From assembly GCA_002269645.1 (NCBI GenBank), contig NIVC01002634.1:1-64000 (forward strand): 64,000 bases of DNA, in the 5' to 3' direction. A model generated the notes under the pieces. The model saw nothing but the letters and a program-made list of their open reading frames with translations, did no database searches and was not told the origin of the DNA. The stretch is from Macrostomum lignano (lineage: Eukaryota). The translations under genes were made by a program, and so were the position numbers. Below, in pieces: positions 62,001-64,000 of the stretch. How positions within the stretch are numbered: the first letter of the stretch is position 1; every line of letters begins with the position of its first letter.

Positions 62001-63249
62001 ATAATTTTCAGAATAGGCAGGCAAGCAATTTTTTGGCATACATTTATAATTATTCAATTTTTGTTTAGGCATGCACCTAGCATAATCTGGACTATGGGAT
62101 AGATATAACCTTAGCCATTCTTGTTTCTTATACAATATATAAATTAGATATTGTTAATAAGTGATAGGTTAAACTATTATTGTTATTCTTTATTCTCCCA
62201 TTATATTATAGTAAATAATGAAGAAACTATTGGTATTATTATAGTACTATAGGGCAAGTTTTAGGAAATTAATTAGCTTTAGATATAGATTTGCTATAGG
62301 AAAATTAGATATAGCTATAGATATAGATGTCAGTAATTTTTGCATTTGTAACTCTAAGTGACCTTCATGAAATTTTCATATTGTAGGATTCTATCAAAAT
62401 CTAAGATAAATTTTTAACCTTTACTTGTTGCAATATTACTAATGTTTTTACTCAGGAAACATGTCTATAAATAGACTAATAAAATAACAAAATCTTATCT
62501 ATAAAACATTTTTGCTTTCAGATATAAGACAATAAAGGTGGACACTAAAGACAATATGACATTAAAGGTTGTGGCACTTTTGTTTGTGCCATTAAGTAAA
62601 AGGACTTTGTAGTATATGATCATACAGTATGATTGTAAATTGTTAAATATTGGATTTTGTTTATGGCTGTATATAAATACTGTATTAATCATATTAAAAT
62701 CCCAATTTTGTTTTTTTAATAATATAATTTTATTGAAGGTTCCAATTTTTGGTTTAAACTATTTGTTTCTTAGCTGTGGTATTTTCTGAGCTTATTTATT
62801 CAAAATTAGTTTTTTGTATATATAATTTGTTTAATATTATCAGTGTCCAAATACTTTTTTCTATTCATTTTTAGAAAAAAAGTAAGGTTTTTGTTTAAAA
62901 TGTTTTTTTTGCAATAATTGTCTGTACAAATCCTTGTTCAATTTTTTTCTGCTGAACACATTTATGTAGGCATATGTTTGCTGTTGTGTACTTTGTTGTT
63001 GAAATCTCTTCTGTGATTCAAGATTCTTTCCTTTTTTAACTGATAAATTTAGTGCATGGTGTCCTTGTTTTTAGATTTTGTTCATAATCTAATTGTTTGT
63101 TAATACATGCTAACAGGGATCTGTTGGTCAGTCTGGCTGCATTGACATTCCACCTTGAGATTAGAATTGGATTTTTATCACTCTGGTTATACAGTCGCCC
63201 TAGTAAAAATTATCATCCCTAGTTGCTGGGCCACCACCACCCACCTATA

Positions 63250-64000
63250 TCCTCAGTTGCTGGGCCAGCCTCCCAGAACCTCAGTTGCTAAGCCAGCCTC
63301 CCAGATCCTCAGTTGCTGGGCCAGCCTCCCAGATCCTCAGTCGCTGATACAGCCTCTCAGATCCTCAGTTGCTGAGCCAGCCTCCCAGATCCTCAGTCGC
63401 TGAGCCAGCCTCCCAGATCCTCAGTTGCTAAACCAGCCTCCCAGATCCTCAGTTGCTGGGCCAGCCTCCCAGATCCTCAGTCGCTGATACAGCCTCCCAG
63501 ATCCTCAGTTGCTGAGCCAGCCTCCCAGATCCTCAGTCGCTGAGCCAGCCTCCCAGATCCTCAGTTGCTAGGCCAGCCTCCCAGATCCTCAGTTGCTATG
63601 CCAGCCTCCCAGATCCTCAGTTGCTAGGCCAGCCTCCCAGATCCTCAGTTTCTCAGTTGTTGGGACAGCCTCCCAGATCCTCAGGTTCTTAGTTGTTGGG
63701 CCAGCCTCCCAGATCCTCAGTCGCTGAGCCAGCCTCCCAGATCCTCAGTTGCTAGGCCAGCCTCCCAGATCCTCAGTCGCTGAGCCAGCCTCCCAGATCC
63801 TCAGTTCTTGGCCAGCCTCCCAGATCCTCAGTTTCTTAGTTGTTGGGCCAGCCTCCCAGATCCTCAGTTGCTAAGCCAGCCTCTATGATCCTCAGTCGCT
63901 GAGCCAGCCTCCCAGATCCTCAGTCGCTGAGCCAGCCTCCCAGATCCTCAGTTGCTAGGCCAACCTCCCAGATCCTCAGTCGCTGAGCCAGCCTCCCAGA
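63250..64000. repeat. ~28-bp minisatellite (GCCAGCCTCCCAGATCCTCAGTTGCTGG)n
   Basis: About 26 tandem units running off the window end. Confidence 0.96.

Overview
Eukaryotic, repeat-rich animal DNA. Spliceosomal introns filled with minisatellites and GC-rich codons resemble the flatworm Macrostomum lignano; this is an inference. The window holds: (1) the 3' half of SNRNP200/Brr2 on + (six exons, 429-9460), with a different minisatellite in every intron; (2) a Lin28 gene on - (cold-shock domain plus two CCHC knuckles, 13459-15373) and a second, partial Lin28 copy lacking the knuckle exon (35703-36867); (3) between them, a modular fold-back macrosatellite of 21-bp and 35-bp arrays, invaded by two LOA-like non-LTR retrotransposons and a solo-LTR-like enhancer cluster; (4) a nest of an Ingi-like element (2A peptide, PHD fingers, APE, RT, RNase H), a tRNA SINE, an RTE-like relic, a third LOA-like element and several relics; (5) an AT-rich tail. 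The main result is a set of hidden RNA elements. Both full-length LOA-like elements begin at, or one base before, G1 of a covarying HDV-like self-cleaving ribozyme fold. The Ingi-like element begins with a degenerate HDV-like fold followed by a StopGo 2A. A conserved, covarying 3' stem-loop is shared between the LOA LINEs and the SINE. All folds and alignments were done by eye and need computational and biochemical confirmation.
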